From an uncultured Acidobacteriota bacterium (GTDB lineage: Bacteria > Acidobacteriota > Thermoanaerobaculia > Multivoradales > UBA5704): 64,000 nucleotides of DNA. The translations under genes were made by a program, and so were the position numbers. The notes beneath the pieces were generated by a model. It made no database searches and had not been told where the DNA came from. It saw only the letters and a list, made by a program, of their open reading frames with translations. Below are positions 1 to 9,313 of the stretch, piece after piece (position 1 is the stretch's first letter; every line of letters begins with the position of its first letter). Location of the stretch: assembly GCA_963700145.1 (NCBI GenBank), contig OY969474.1, positions 640,001 through 704,000 of the forward strand. The letters are read 5' to 3'.

Positions 1-594
1 GAGGGCGAAGAACAGCGCCGGCACGATGCTGAGCAGCTCGTAGCTGCGCCGCCCGGTGAGCGCGCCGAGCACGCCGACGACGTAGACGTCGCCGACCCGC
101 AGCAGGTCGATCTGCGCCAGGACCCAGATGAGCCAGGGCTTGCCCGGAGGGATCTCCGGCGCCCGCAGCGGCGCCTGCTGCAGGTACTCCGAACGGACCG
201 CGTAGGAGATGCCGTCGATCGTGGCGCCGACGGTCGTCAGGTGACCGACCGCGAGGAGCGGGAAGACGGCGAGGAGGAACGCGAAGAGGCAGAGCGCCAG
301 CGCCGCCAGGGAGCTGCGCGGCAGGCGCCGCAGGCGGCGGTCGGTGAAGACCATCGTCCAGCCGGCGGCGGTGAGGCCGATGAACAGCCAGCCGACCGAT
401 CGGAGCGGATGCCCGAGAGTCCCCACGAGGTGGGCGACCGCGGAGACCAGCGCGAAGCCGAGGAAAGGAGCGACGAGGAGCAGGACGGGCCGAAAGACCC
501 GGGGCAGGAGCGGCCGCGCCAGGAGGAAGCCGCAACCCCAGAGCAGTGCGATCGCTGTGGCGGTGACGAAGGCGAGGTCGTCGGCAGCGCTCAT
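1..594 (-). CDS. Polytopic membrane protein, possibly GT-C-like glycosyltransferase (runs off window start)
   Basis: Manual translation from ATG at 594: MSAADDLAFVTATAIALLWGCGFLLARPLL... with several hydrophobic helices, open to position 1; sits in a glycan cluster. Not in the ORF track because it has no stop in the window. Confidence 0.65.
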   Translation of the reverse strand, partial: MSAADDLAFVTATAIALLWGCGFLLARPLLPRVFRPVLLLVAPFLGFALVSAVAHLVGTLGHPLRSVGWLFIGLTAAGWTMVFTDRRLRRLPRSSLAALALCLFAFLLAVFPLLAVGHLTTVGATIDGISYAVRSEYLQQAPLRAPEIPPGKPWLIWVLAQIDLLRVGDVYVVGVLGALTGRRSYELLSIVPALFFAL

Positions 595-667
595 CGGCCC
601 TGGCGACCGGGATGCAAGCGACTCCTCGACGGCATGGTCCCAACGACTTTAGCAGAGGGGCGGAGGG

Positions 668-1990
668 CTACCCGGCCGTCGTTTCCACTCCCAGGTCGCG
701 GAAGCCCTCCTCGAGCCCCGGCCCGCCGAGCAGCACGCCCAGCCGGTACCGCCCGGGCGCGAACCTGCTCTTGTCGATCTCGGCGTGGAACCCGGGATCG
801 GCGCGCTCGAGGCCGTGGACGTCCGCGACGTCCTGGCGCACGCCGCGCACGCAGGTGAGGGCGTAGCAACGCTCCGCGGAGCTGAAGACGAGCTGGATCC
901 ACTCGTCGGGGGTCCCGTGCTCGTCGCTCAGGTACGCCCACCCGATCACCACCAGGCGATTCCCCTCGTCCTCCACGCGGTCGAGGTAGGCCTGCACGCG
1001 CGGCGATTCCGGCGGCGGCGGCGCACGCTCCACCAAGCCGCGGGCGAGAGACGCTTCCGGGGCCGCGGCCGGCGGTCCCGGGCGCCGGGCCAGCAAGTAG
1101 AGGTTGTCGCCCCGGTCCTCGAGCTTGCCGCCCGCCGCTTCCAGGATCGCGTACAGCTCGTCGGGCCGGCGCGCGATCGGGATCTCCCGGCCGCTGACGT
1201 CGAGCGCGGCCATCGGGATCTCGTCGTAGTCGAAGCGGTCCCGGGTCTGCGCGCGGCAGACCTCGAAGCCGTGGAGGGTCAGCAGCTCCCTCATCTCCGG
1301 CAGGGTGTACTCGCGGTTGTGGCGCCCGTGGACGCCGGTCTCGGGGTGGTACATGTCGAAGGGGTTGTGGCCCTCGAGCAGGCAGGCAAAGTTGATCAGG
1401 CGGGCCGCGTTCGGCAGCGTGACGACGAGGTGCCCTCCCGGCGCCAGCAGGCGGCGGATCTTGCGAAAGACCGACAACGGGTTGACGACGAGGTGCTCGA
1501 GGGTTTCGCAGAGGAAGATCAGGTCGAAGCTCTGGTCGGGGAACGGGTAGCGCGGCACGGTCTCGAGGTTGAAGAGCGGGTAGGAGAACACCCACTCTTC
1601 GCCGAACTTCCGGCTGCTCACGTGGTGCGTGGCCGAGCCGATCCGATCGGAGAAGATGTCGTGATCGAAGAAGTTGGCCCCCTGCAGCTGCGCCTCCGGA
1701 AAGAGCCGCCGCAGCAATAGATGGAAGAAGAAGGGGTTCGCCCCCAGCTCGAGGATGCGCGGGCCGGCCGGCAGGGGGACGAACTCGAGGGTGTGCAGGA
1801 AGCGCTGGAGCGCGTCTCCGACGTAGCTTTCGGTGAGCCCCGGCGGCGCGTCGTCCAGCACGAGGCTCGTGAGGTAGTCCCGCAGCGCGGCGGTCGAATC
1901 GTGCAGCTGCTCGCGGAAGCGCGCCTCGTCGCCGTCGGCGGCGGTGCGGGCGAGCCGGTCGAGAGCGTGGCGGGTTCGCTTGACCTCCAT
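668..1990 (-). CDS. Class I SAM-dependent methyltransferase with C-terminal extension
   Basis: ILELGANP motif I, FPDQSFDLIFLCETLEHL, LAPGGHLVVTLPN; ATG at 1990. Confidence 0.85.
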   Translation of the reverse strand: MEVKRTRHALDRLARTAADGDEARFREQLHDSTAALRDYLTSLVLDDAPPGLTESYVGDALQRFLHTLEFVPLPAGPRILELGANPFFFHLLLRRLFPEAQLQGANFFDHDIFSDRIGSATHHVSSRKFGEEWVFSYPLFNLETVPRYPFPDQSFDLIFLCETLEHLVVNPLSVFRKIRRLLAPGGHLVVTLPNAARLINFACLLEGHNPFDMYHPETGVHGRHNREYTLPEMRELLTLHGFEVCRAQTRDRFDYDEIPMAALDVSGREIPIARRPDELYAILEAAGGKLEDRGDNLYLLARRPGPPAAAPEASLARGLVERAPPPPESPRVQAYLDRVEDEGNRLVVIGWAYLSDEHGTPDEWIQLVFSSAERCYALTCVRGVRQDVADVHGLERADPGFHAEIDKSRFAPGRYRLGVLLGGPGLEEGFRDLGVETTAG

Positions 1991-2058
1991 GGCGCGCGGC
2001 ACTCTAGCAGCCGCTCCCGCCGCCGCCCGGTGATACCCTCCGCTGCCGAGACCGTCCC

Positions 2059-3051
2059 GTGAAGCGCGCTTTCGCCGACTCGCTGCGCTGCGTCCGTTGC
2101 AGCGGCCCGCTGACGCTCGCCGTTCTGGAGGAGGACGAAAGGGAGGTGCGGGAGGGCGAGCTCCGCTGCGACCGCTGCGCGCGGACCTTCGCCGTCCGGC
2201 GGGGGGTCGTGGACTTCCTCGATCCGGCCGACGAGGCCCTGGCCAGCGAGATCCGCGGCTGGGGCGAGCTCGCGGGCCCCCTGCACGAGGGGCTGGTCCC
2301 CGTCATGACCGCGCTCCCCGCGTTCCCGCACGCCCCCTGGCCCCACGTCGCCGCCGACTTCTTCCAGATCTTCGAGCACGTGGACTTCGCGGCGAAGCGC
2401 GTCGTGGACCTCGGGGCGGGCCGCACCTGGTCCACCCGCTACCTGATGACGATGGGCCGGGCGCGCGAGGCCGTCGCCGTGGACGTGATGACGGCGCGCT
2501 TCCTGGGCCTGGAGACCGCCGACATCTTCTTCGAGCTCGACGGCATCCACTTCGAGCGGCTGCGCGGGGACGTCCACCACCTGCCCCTCCCGGACGGCTG
2601 GGCCGACGTCGCGTTCAGCTGCGCCGCGGTCCACCACTCGTCCGACCTCGACGCCCTCTTCGGCGAGGTCCGCCGCGTGCTGCGCCCCGGCGGCCGCTTC
2701 GTCTTCGTCTCCGAGGCGTGCCGGCGGGAGTCGATCCCGGTCAATCGGCCGGACAACATCGAGACGCAGGCCGGCATCAACGAGCACGTCTACACCCTGT
2801 TCGAGTACGAGGAGGCGCTGGCGCGGGCCGGCTTCCGCAGCCGCCGCCTCCTGCCGCGCACCGTCCGCTACCGCCTCCTCTATCCGGACGAGGACTTCGA
2901 GCAGGGGATGCCGACGGGGATCCGGAGGCTGGCGCGGAGCGCCTCGGGGCGGGCGCTGATCGACCTCATGCTGCGGCGGCGCCTCGCCAACCGGTGGCTG
3001 TACCGCCACTGGGGCCTGCCGCTGTCGGTGATCGCGGAGAAGACGTCCTGA
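2059..3051 (+). CDS. SAM-dependent methyltransferase with N-terminal Trm112-like zinc ribbon
   Basis: LRCVRC...LRCDRC...VRRGVVDFL; VVDLGAG; LRPGGRFVF. Confidence 0.85.
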   Translation: MKRAFADSLRCVRCSGPLTLAVLEEDEREVREGELRCDRCARTFAVRRGVVDFLDPADEALASEIRGWGELAGPLHEGLVPVMTALPAFPHAPWPHVAADFFQIFEHVDFAAKRVVDLGAGRTWSTRYLMTMGRAREAVAVDVMTARFLGLETADIFFELDGIHFERLRGDVHHLPLPDGWADVAFSCAAVHHSSDLDALFGEVRRVLRPGGRFVFVSEACRRESIPVNRPDNIETQAGINEHVYTLFEYEEALARAGFRSRRLLPRTVRYRLLYPDEDFEQGMPTGIRRLARSASGRALIDLMLRRRLANRWLYRHWGLPLSVIAEKTS

Positions 3052-4487
3052 ACCCGTCCCCCGACTTCAAGCTCTCGGTCGTCGTCCCGGTCTACAACGA
3101 GCGCTACCTGGTCGGCGAGCTGGTCGAGCGGGTGCTGGCGGTCGAGATTCCCGGCGTCCGCGAGCTCGAGCTCCTGCTCGTCGACGACGGCTCGACCGAC
3201 GGCAGCCTGGAGGTGCTCCGCCAGCTGGCCGCCGCCCACCCGGACCGGGTGCGCCTGCTCGAGCAGGGGCGCAACCAGGGCAAGGGGAGCGCCATCCGCC
3301 GCGGCATCGCCGAGGCGACGGGCGACCTCATCGTCTTTCAGGACGCGGACCTCGAGTACGACCCGCGCGACTACGCGCGGCTGGTGCGGCCGTTCCTCGA
3401 GGACGGCGCCGACGTCGTCTACGGCTCGCGCTTCCTGCCCAGCGAGCGGCGGCGCGTCCTCTACCACCGGCACGCGCTCGGCAACCGGCTCCTCACCGGC
3501 CTGAGCAACTGGGCGACGGACCTCAACCTCACCGACATGGAGACCTGCTACAAGATGTTCCGGGCGCCGCTGCTGAAGTCGATCCCGATCCGCTCGAACG
3601 ACTTCGCGATGGAGCCCGAGATCACCGCCAAGATCGCCAAGCGCGACGTGCGCATCTTCGAAGTGCCGATCAGCTACCTCGGGCGCACCTACCGCGAGGG
3701 GAAGAAGATCGGCTGGCGCGACGGCTTCAAGGCCATCAAGGCCATCCTCAAGTACAAGCTCGTCGACGACCTCTACGCCGAGGACGAGTACGGCTCGCAC
3801 ATCCTGCACAGCCTGGAGCGGGCGCAGCGCTTCAACCGCTGGATGGCGGAGTCGATCGCGCCGCACATCGGCGCGCGGGTGCTGGAGATCGGCGCCGGGA
3901 TCGGCAACATCACCTCGTGGCTCCTGCCGCGCGACCGCTACCTGGCGAGCGACATCAACCCGCACTACCTCGCCTACCTGCGCAACCTGGCGCTCGGCAA
4001 GCCCTATCTCGAAGTCGCCCGCGTCGACGTCGAGGAGCCGGGCGACCTCGCTCCCTGGCGCGGCGCCTTCGACACGGTGATCTGCCTGAACGTCCTGGAG
4101 CACGTGCGCGACCCCTTGCCGGCGCTGCGCAACATGCACGGCGCGCTCGCCCCCGGCGGCCGGCTCGTGCTCTACGTCCCCGCCGGGCAGCGCCTCTACT
4201 CCAGCCTCGACGAGGTGCTGGGTCATCGCACCCGCTACGACCGCCCGATGCTCGAACGGGAGCTCGCCGCGGCCGGGTTCCGGCTGGAGGCGGTGCGCGA
4301 CTTCAACCGCGCCGGCGTCCCCGGCTGGTGGATCAACGGCGTGGCGCTCAAGCGGCGTCACTTCAGCCGCGTGCAGCTCAAGCTCTTCAACATGCTGGTG
4401 CCGCTGGTGCGGCGCGCCGACCGCGTCCTCCCCTGGCCGGGCCTGGGGATGATCGCGGTCGCCCGGCGCGAGGAGCCGGCGCCCTAG
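3048..4487 (+). CDS. GT2 glycosyltransferase fused to SAM methyltransferase
   Basis: LSVVVPVYNE, VDDGSTDGS, FQDADLEYDP, then VLEIGAGIG; real start is near 3048 (CTG overlapping the upstream TGA), not 2097. Confidence 0.85.
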   Translation: MNPSPDFKLSVVVPVYNERYLVGELVERVLAVEIPGVRELELLLVDDGSTDGSLEVLRQLAAAHPDRVRLLEQGRNQGKGSAIRRGIAEATGDLIVFQDADLEYDPRDYARLVRPFLEDGADVVYGSRFLPSERRRVLYHRHALGNRLLTGLSNWATDLNLTDMETCYKMFRAPLLKSIPIRSNDFAMEPEITAKIAKRDVRIFEVPISYLGRTYREGKKIGWRDGFKAIKAILKYKLVDDLYAEDEYGSHILHSLERAQRFNRWMAESIAPHIGARVLEIGAGIGNITSWLLPRDRYLASDINPHYLAYLRNLALGKPYLEVARVDVEEPGDLAPWRGAFDTVICLNVLEHVRDPLPALRNMHGALAPGGRLVLYVPAGQRLYSSLDEVLGHRTRYDRPMLERELAAAGFRLEAVRDFNRAGVPGWWINGVALKRRHFSRVQLKLFNMLVPLVRRADRVLPWPGLGMIAVARREEPAP

Positions 4488-5728
4488 CCGCGCAGCAGCT
4501 CGCCGAGGCGGGCGGCGACGCCCGCGGCGCCGTCGGCGAGCGGCACCAGCGTGCCGCCCCCTTCGGCGCGCAGCCGCTCGCCCAGTGCGCCGAGGTCGAA
4601 GGCCACCACCGGCACGCCCGCGGCGCGGCACTCCGACAGGGTGAAGCCGTAGGACTCCGGGACGATCGACAGCAGCAGCGCCAGGTCCACCTCGTCGGCG
4701 GCCAGGAGGCGGGGGAGGGAGCCGCTCCGGTAGTAGCCGCGGACGCGCACGCCCGGCAGGCGCCGCAGGCGCGCCAGCAGCGCCGCGTCGCCGCCGCCGT
4801 AGGCGCTCCAGCGCACTCCCGCCGCTCCGCCGCGCCCCAGCCGCCGCACGACCTCCTCGAAGAACAGCGCGCCCTTGTGGGGGAGGACGCTGCCGGCGTA
4901 GGCGATGTGGCGGGGGGGCTGGGCAGGGGTGCGGGGAGCCGGGAGCGCCGGCGGGTCGTCCAGCGCGACGACCACCTGTCGCTCCGGCGGCAGACCGGGA
5001 AAAAGCTCCAGGCAGGTAGAACGCAGGAACGCCGACGGGTAGGCGATGCGCTCCGCGCCGGCCAGCAGCTCCGCCGCGAGCGCGCGCCGCCTCTCCTGCC
5101 AGCCGACCTCCACCCGCCAGTCTTCGTTGAGACAGCGGGCGCAGCGGTGCGGATCGCGCGAGTAATGGCAGAACACGAGCTGCGGATGCTCGAGCAGGTG
5201 CGGGCGCGGACAGAAGGGGGCGAAGTCGTGGAGGGCGATCGACAGCCGCACGCCGCGGCGGCCGAGCGCGAGGAGCGAGCCGAGCGGCAGCTCCGCCAGC
5301 CCTTCGACGTGCAGGCGCTCCGCCCCCGCCGCCTCGAGGCCGCCGAGCGCCGCCTCCTCCAGCGCCGGGTCCTCGAGCGCCGTCACGTCGCGGGACCACG
5401 CGTTCAGGTAGAGCGCCGTCCGCCGCTCGCCGACGGCCAGCTCCAGGCGGGAGCGGGTGCCATCGGGGTAGAGGAGCGCGGTGCTCCTCCCCTCGCGCGC
5501 CTCCCGCTCCAGGCGGCGCAGGAGCTGCGTCTGCACGCCGCCGAGCCAGGGGAAGGGCGGGGTAGGGAGGAGGTTGAGGACCGGCGCGCGGAAGCTCGCG
5601 GGCGGGGACGGCGCCACCCGGAACGCCCGCCGCCGCCGCGCCTCGGCCATCCGATCCAGCGTCCGGTCGCGCGCGGCCAGCAGCCCCTCCGCCCGCATCA
5701 CGCGTAACGCCGTCGGCACGAGGCTCAT
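4484..5728 (-). CDS. GT4-family glycosyltransferase
   Basis: HDFAPFCPR, HKGA, PESYGFTLSECRAAGVPVVAFDLGALGE. Confidence 0.85.
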   Translation of the reverse strand: MSLVPTALRVMRAEGLLAARDRTLDRMAEARRRRAFRVAPSPPASFRAPVLNLLPTPPFPWLGGVQTQLLRRLEREAREGRSTALLYPDGTRSRLELAVGERRTALYLNAWSRDVTALEDPALEEAALGGLEAAGAERLHVEGLAELPLGSLLALGRRGVRLSIALHDFAPFCPRPHLLEHPQLVFCHYSRDPHRCARCLNEDWRVEVGWQERRRALAAELLAGAERIAYPSAFLRSTCLELFPGLPPERQVVVALDDPPALPAPRTPAQPPRHIAYAGSVLPHKGALFFEEVVRRLGRGGAAGVRWSAYGGGDAALLARLRRLPGVRVRGYYRSGSLPRLLAADEVDLALLLSIVPESYGFTLSECRAAGVPVVAFDLGALGERLRAEGGGTLVPLADGAAGVAARLGELLRG

Positions 5729-5735
5729 CTCTTCC

Positions 5736-7895
5736 CTACCTAGCCCTCTTCTTCCCTGCCAGCACCCGCTCGTAGACCTCCTCGACCTCCTCGGCGTGCT
5801 CGTCCATGCTCTTCACCGCCGGCAGGCGCGCCCGCCAGGCTGCGAGCAGGTCCGGCTCGGCGATCAGCCGCTCGACCCAGCCGCGCAGCTCCTCGGGGCG
5901 CTCGGGGTCGAAGAGCGCGCCCGCCGCCTCGCCGGCCGAGTCGGCCCACAGCTCGGCGAGGGCGCCGCGGCGGCTCGCCAGCACCGGCACGCCATGGTGG
6001 AGCGCCTCGCGGGCCACCAGGCCGAAGGACTCCAGGCCCAGGGAGGGGACGACGAGCAGGTCGAGCGCCGCGAAGAGCGCCGGCTTCTCCGCCTCGGCGA
6101 AGGGGGGCCGCAGCTCGACCCGGCCGCCCCCCAGCGCCTCGACCTCGGCGGCGTAGGCGGGGTCGATCGTCCGGTCCCCCCAGACGGTCAGGCGGGCGCG
6201 CGCCGGATCGATGGCGCGGAAGGCTGCCGCGGCGACGTGCGCCCCCTTGTGCGGCATGAGCGACCCGATGACCCCGTAGCGCAGCGGCTCGCCCGCGGCC
6301 CGCGGCGGGCGCGGCGCGCGGGGCGGCGTCTCGACGCCGTAGGGGACGACGTACGCAGGATCCTCGGGGCGCAGCAGCCCGAGGGCGAGGTAGCTGTCGC
6401 GGATGGCGCGCGAGCCCATGAGCCAGGCGTCGGCGCGGCGGAAGGCCGCGTGCGCCGCCCGCCCGCGCTCGGCGTAGAGCAGGCGGTTCCAGAGCCCGGC
6501 GGGCGGCCGGCGCGTGAGCGGCAGGCAGGCCGCGCACTTGCCCAGCCCGGGCCCGCTGCAGAGCCGTCGCCGGTGGTCGAGTAGGTTGGCGCGGGCGCAG
6601 GGCGTCCACCAGTCCTGGACCTGGTAGAGCAGGGGGACCCGCCGCCGCGCCGCGCCGCGGGTCAGCGAGAAGGCGTGGCCGGCCAGGTGGTGGACGTGCA
6701 CCAGCTCCGGGCGCACCTCCGCGAGCAGGCGCGCGAAGTCGGCGTCGAAGGCGCGGTCGCGGATGGCGTTGCGCGACAGCGGGTCGCGCTGCGTGAAGTT
6801 GTTGGCGACGAGGCGCACCCGGGCGCCGCCGTCGAGCAGCTCCAGCGCCTCGCCCTTGCTGCGGCGCGGGTCCGCATAGCGGGCGTAGACCGCCACCTCC
6901 CGCCGCTCCGCCTGGCGCAGGACGAGGCCGCGGGCGTAGGTCTCGGTGCCGGCCGGGCTCCAGGGCGGCCAGCCGTGGACGAGGTGGACCACCCGGCGCG
7001 GCCCGCGGGGCGGCCGCTCCCGACGCGGCCGCAGCGCCGCGATCACCCGCTCGCGCGCCGGCGCCAGCGGGTCCTCGGCGATGAAGCGCGCCACGGCAGG
7101 CAGGTAGCCGGGGTGGCGGCGGCGCATCACCCGGTGGGCGGCGCGCACGCGCGCTTCCCGCGAGGCGCCGAAGCTGCTCTGGCCGGCGTGCCAGATGAAG
7201 GTCGCGTCGTCGAGCACGTGCCGCCAGCCGGCCGCCGCGGCGCGACAGCAGAAGTCGGTCTCCTCACCGTAGCCGAGGCCGAAGGCCCGCTCGTCGAACG
7301 GACCGACGCGCTCGAGCGCCGCGCGGCGGATGTAGAGGCAGACGCCGACGCCGGTGGGGAGGGGCGGGCGCTCGTGCGCCGCGACGCGCTCGACGAGCGC
7401 GGCGAAGGCGTCCAGGTCCCGGCCGGCGGGGAGGGCGTTGACCTCGAGGAAGCGGGGGAGCGAGCAGATCGTGGCGTGGTTGGAGAACGGCGTGGCGGTG
7501 GCGACGTCCGGTGCCGAGAGGGCGGCCGCCTGCAGCTTCTCGAGCCAGCCTCGGGTCACCACCGTGTCGCTGTTGAGGAGGACGACGTCGCGCCCCGACA
7601 GCGCCATGCCGCGGTTGACGCTGGCCACGAAGCCCCGCCGCTCCGGGTTGCGGAGCAGGAGGACGCCGCTGTCCGCACCGGCGCCGGCCGGCGGGGCGGC
7701 GGCCGCGAGCCGCGCCGCCAGCGCCGCGACCGGCGCCGGATCGAAGCCGGGGCCGGCGTCGTCGACGACCACCAGTCGGTGGCGGTGGAGGTCGGTGTGG
7801 CGCTCGAGGCTCGCCAGGCAGGCGGCGAGCTCCGCGGCCGCCCCGTAGACCGGCACGATCACGTCCACCGGTCCGGGCGGCGGGTTCCCGCTCAG
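5736..7895 (-). CDS. Bifunctional GT2-GT4 glycosyltransferase
   Basis: VDVIVPVYG, VVDDAG, LLNSDT, GYGEETDFC, then HKGAH and ESFGLVAREALHHGVPVLAS; start inferred at CTG 7895. Confidence 0.85.
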   Translation of the reverse strand: MSGNPPPGPVDVIVPVYGAAAELAACLASLERHTDLHRHRLVVVDDAGPGFDPAPVAALAARLAAAAPPAGAGADSGVLLLRNPERRGFVASVNRGMALSGRDVVLLNSDTVVTRGWLEKLQAAALSAPDVATATPFSNHATICSLPRFLEVNALPAGRDLDAFAALVERVAAHERPPLPTGVGVCLYIRRAALERVGPFDERAFGLGYGEETDFCCRAAAAGWRHVLDDATFIWHAGQSSFGASREARVRAAHRVMRRRHPGYLPAVARFIAEDPLAPARERVIAALRPRRERPPRGPRRVVHLVHGWPPWSPAGTETYARGLVLRQAERREVAVYARYADPRRSKGEALELLDGGARVRLVANNFTQRDPLSRNAIRDRAFDADFARLLAEVRPELVHVHHLAGHAFSLTRGAARRRVPLLYQVQDWWTPCARANLLDHRRRLCSGPGLGKCAACLPLTRRPPAGLWNRLLYAERGRAAHAAFRRADAWLMGSRAIRDSYLALGLLRPEDPAYVVPYGVETPPRAPRPPRAAGEPLRYGVIGSLMPHKGAHVAAAAFRAIDPARARLTVWGDRTIDPAYAAEVEALGGGRVELRPPFAEAEKPALFAALDLLVVPSLGLESFGLVAREALHHGVPVLASRRGALAELWADSAGEAAGALFDPERPEELRGWVERLIAEPDLLAAWRARLPAVKSMDEHAEEVEEVYERVLAGKKRAR

Positions 7896-9184
7896 CGTGC
7901 GGCGCTCCCCTTCTTCTTCTGCAGGATGAGGCGCTCCAGGGCCCGCGCCGTCGCCGCCGCCAGCCGCTGCAACCCCTCGAGGTCGATGCGGCCGAGCGGG
8001 CCGCCGGCGGCGTCGAGGTAGAGCACCGTCACCAGCCGGTCGCGCAGGCGGATCGGCAGGAGGAGGCACTCGCGCGGCAGCTCGCCGCCCCAGCAGGCGG
8101 CCAGCTCGCGGTGCGCCGGCATGTCGGCGAGCGGGCCGACGTGGAGGCCGCTCCCCTGGCGGAGGTTCAAGAAGACCGACGGCTGGTCGAAGCCGACGGC
8201 GAAGCGCGCGAAGCGCTCGGCATCGATCCCCTCGCCCTGCGCGAGCCACCCGGCGACCCGCTCGCGCACCACCTGCAGCAGGGCGACGCGGCGGTAGGCC
8301 GGCGCCAGGAAGGCGACGAGGAGGCGCCCGATCTCGTCGCGCCCGGCCGCCGCCGTCAGCGCCTCCTCCAGCTCGGGCAGCGAAGCGAGGGTCGGGGTCG
8401 GGGGAGGAGCCGCCTTCCCCGGTCCGGCCCCCAGCGCGGCGCGCTCGGAGACGGTCAGCGCCACCGTGCGCGGCCGGGCGGGCTCCGGCTCCGCCGGCGC
8501 GGGCGGCGGCGGGACCGGTTTCGCGGCTGGCGCCGGTTTCTGGACCGTCGCGGCGACGACCGCCGGCCGCGGCTTGGCGTCCCGTCGCGGCAGCGGCTCC
8601 GCCGGCTCGGACAGCTCCGGCAGGGACAGCTCCCACTCGCCCTCGAGCGTCCGGACGGCCGCGGCCGCGGCGACCGGCTCGCCCGGCTCCGGCTCGCGCT
8701 CCCAGAGGTAGCGGGCGCGGTTCAGGCGGTCGAGCAGATGGACGAAGCGCAGCGGCGGCTCCTCGCCGTAGTAGCGGTCGAGCGCCTCGTGGATGCGCGC
8801 CTCGTGGAGCACGTGCACCCGCACCCGCTTGCCGGTGGCGAAGGCCAGCTCGTCCTGGGCGGTGAGGTTGTGCGGATCGAGCATCGCCACGTCGAGGCGC
8901 CCGCCGGCCACCCGGATGGGGACGGCGCGGCAGCGCCGCGCCACCTTCGGCGGCAGCAGGGCGAGCGCGTCCTCCGCAACGCTGCGCAGGTCGTCGACGC
9001 CGGCGGCCGGCACGCCGAGCTGCTCGGCCAGGCCCTTGAGCAGCAGGTCCTCGCTCAGCGCCTCCATCTCGAGCAGGCAGGTGCCGAGCTGACCGCCGAC
9101 GGCTTGCTGGTTCTTGAGCGCGCGCGTCAGTTGCTGCACGCTGATCCAGCCGCGCGTCACGAGCAGCTGACCGAGCTTGTTCAT
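7892..9184 (-). CDS. MshEN (GSPII-E N-terminal) domain protein with Pro-rich linker and GAF-like C-terminus, no ATPase
   Basis: KLGQLLVTRGWISVQQLTRALKNQ...QLGTCLLEMEALSEDLLLKGLAEQ; VAMLDP; no Walker A. Confidence 0.8.
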   Translation of the reverse strand: MNKLGQLLVTRGWISVQQLTRALKNQQAVGGQLGTCLLEMEALSEDLLLKGLAEQLGVPAAGVDDLRSVAEDALALLPPKVARRCRAVPIRVAGGRLDVAMLDPHNLTAQDELAFATGKRVRVHVLHEARIHEALDRYYGEEPPLRFVHLLDRLNRARYLWEREPEPGEPVAAAAAVRTLEGEWELSLPELSEPAEPLPRRDAKPRPAVVAATVQKPAPAAKPVPPPPAPAEPEPARPRTVALTVSERAALGAGPGKAAPPPTPTLASLPELEEALTAAAGRDEIGRLLVAFLAPAYRRVALLQVVRERVAGWLAQGEGIDAERFARFAVGFDQPSVFLNLRQGSGLHVGPLADMPAHRELAACWGGELPRECLLLPIRLRDRLVTVLYLDAAGGPLGRIDLEGLQRLAAATARALERLILQKKKGSAAR

Positions 9185-9313
9185 CGAGGCCGCGGTCGGT
9201 TTCAGATTGGAACCTCTAAGCCATTGGAGGCCAGCGACTTAGGAGTAAGTATTGAATTATACGAGCGGCGTCGTCGCCTTGGCAAGCGCCGGCGCGCGCG
9301 CTATCCTCTCGTC

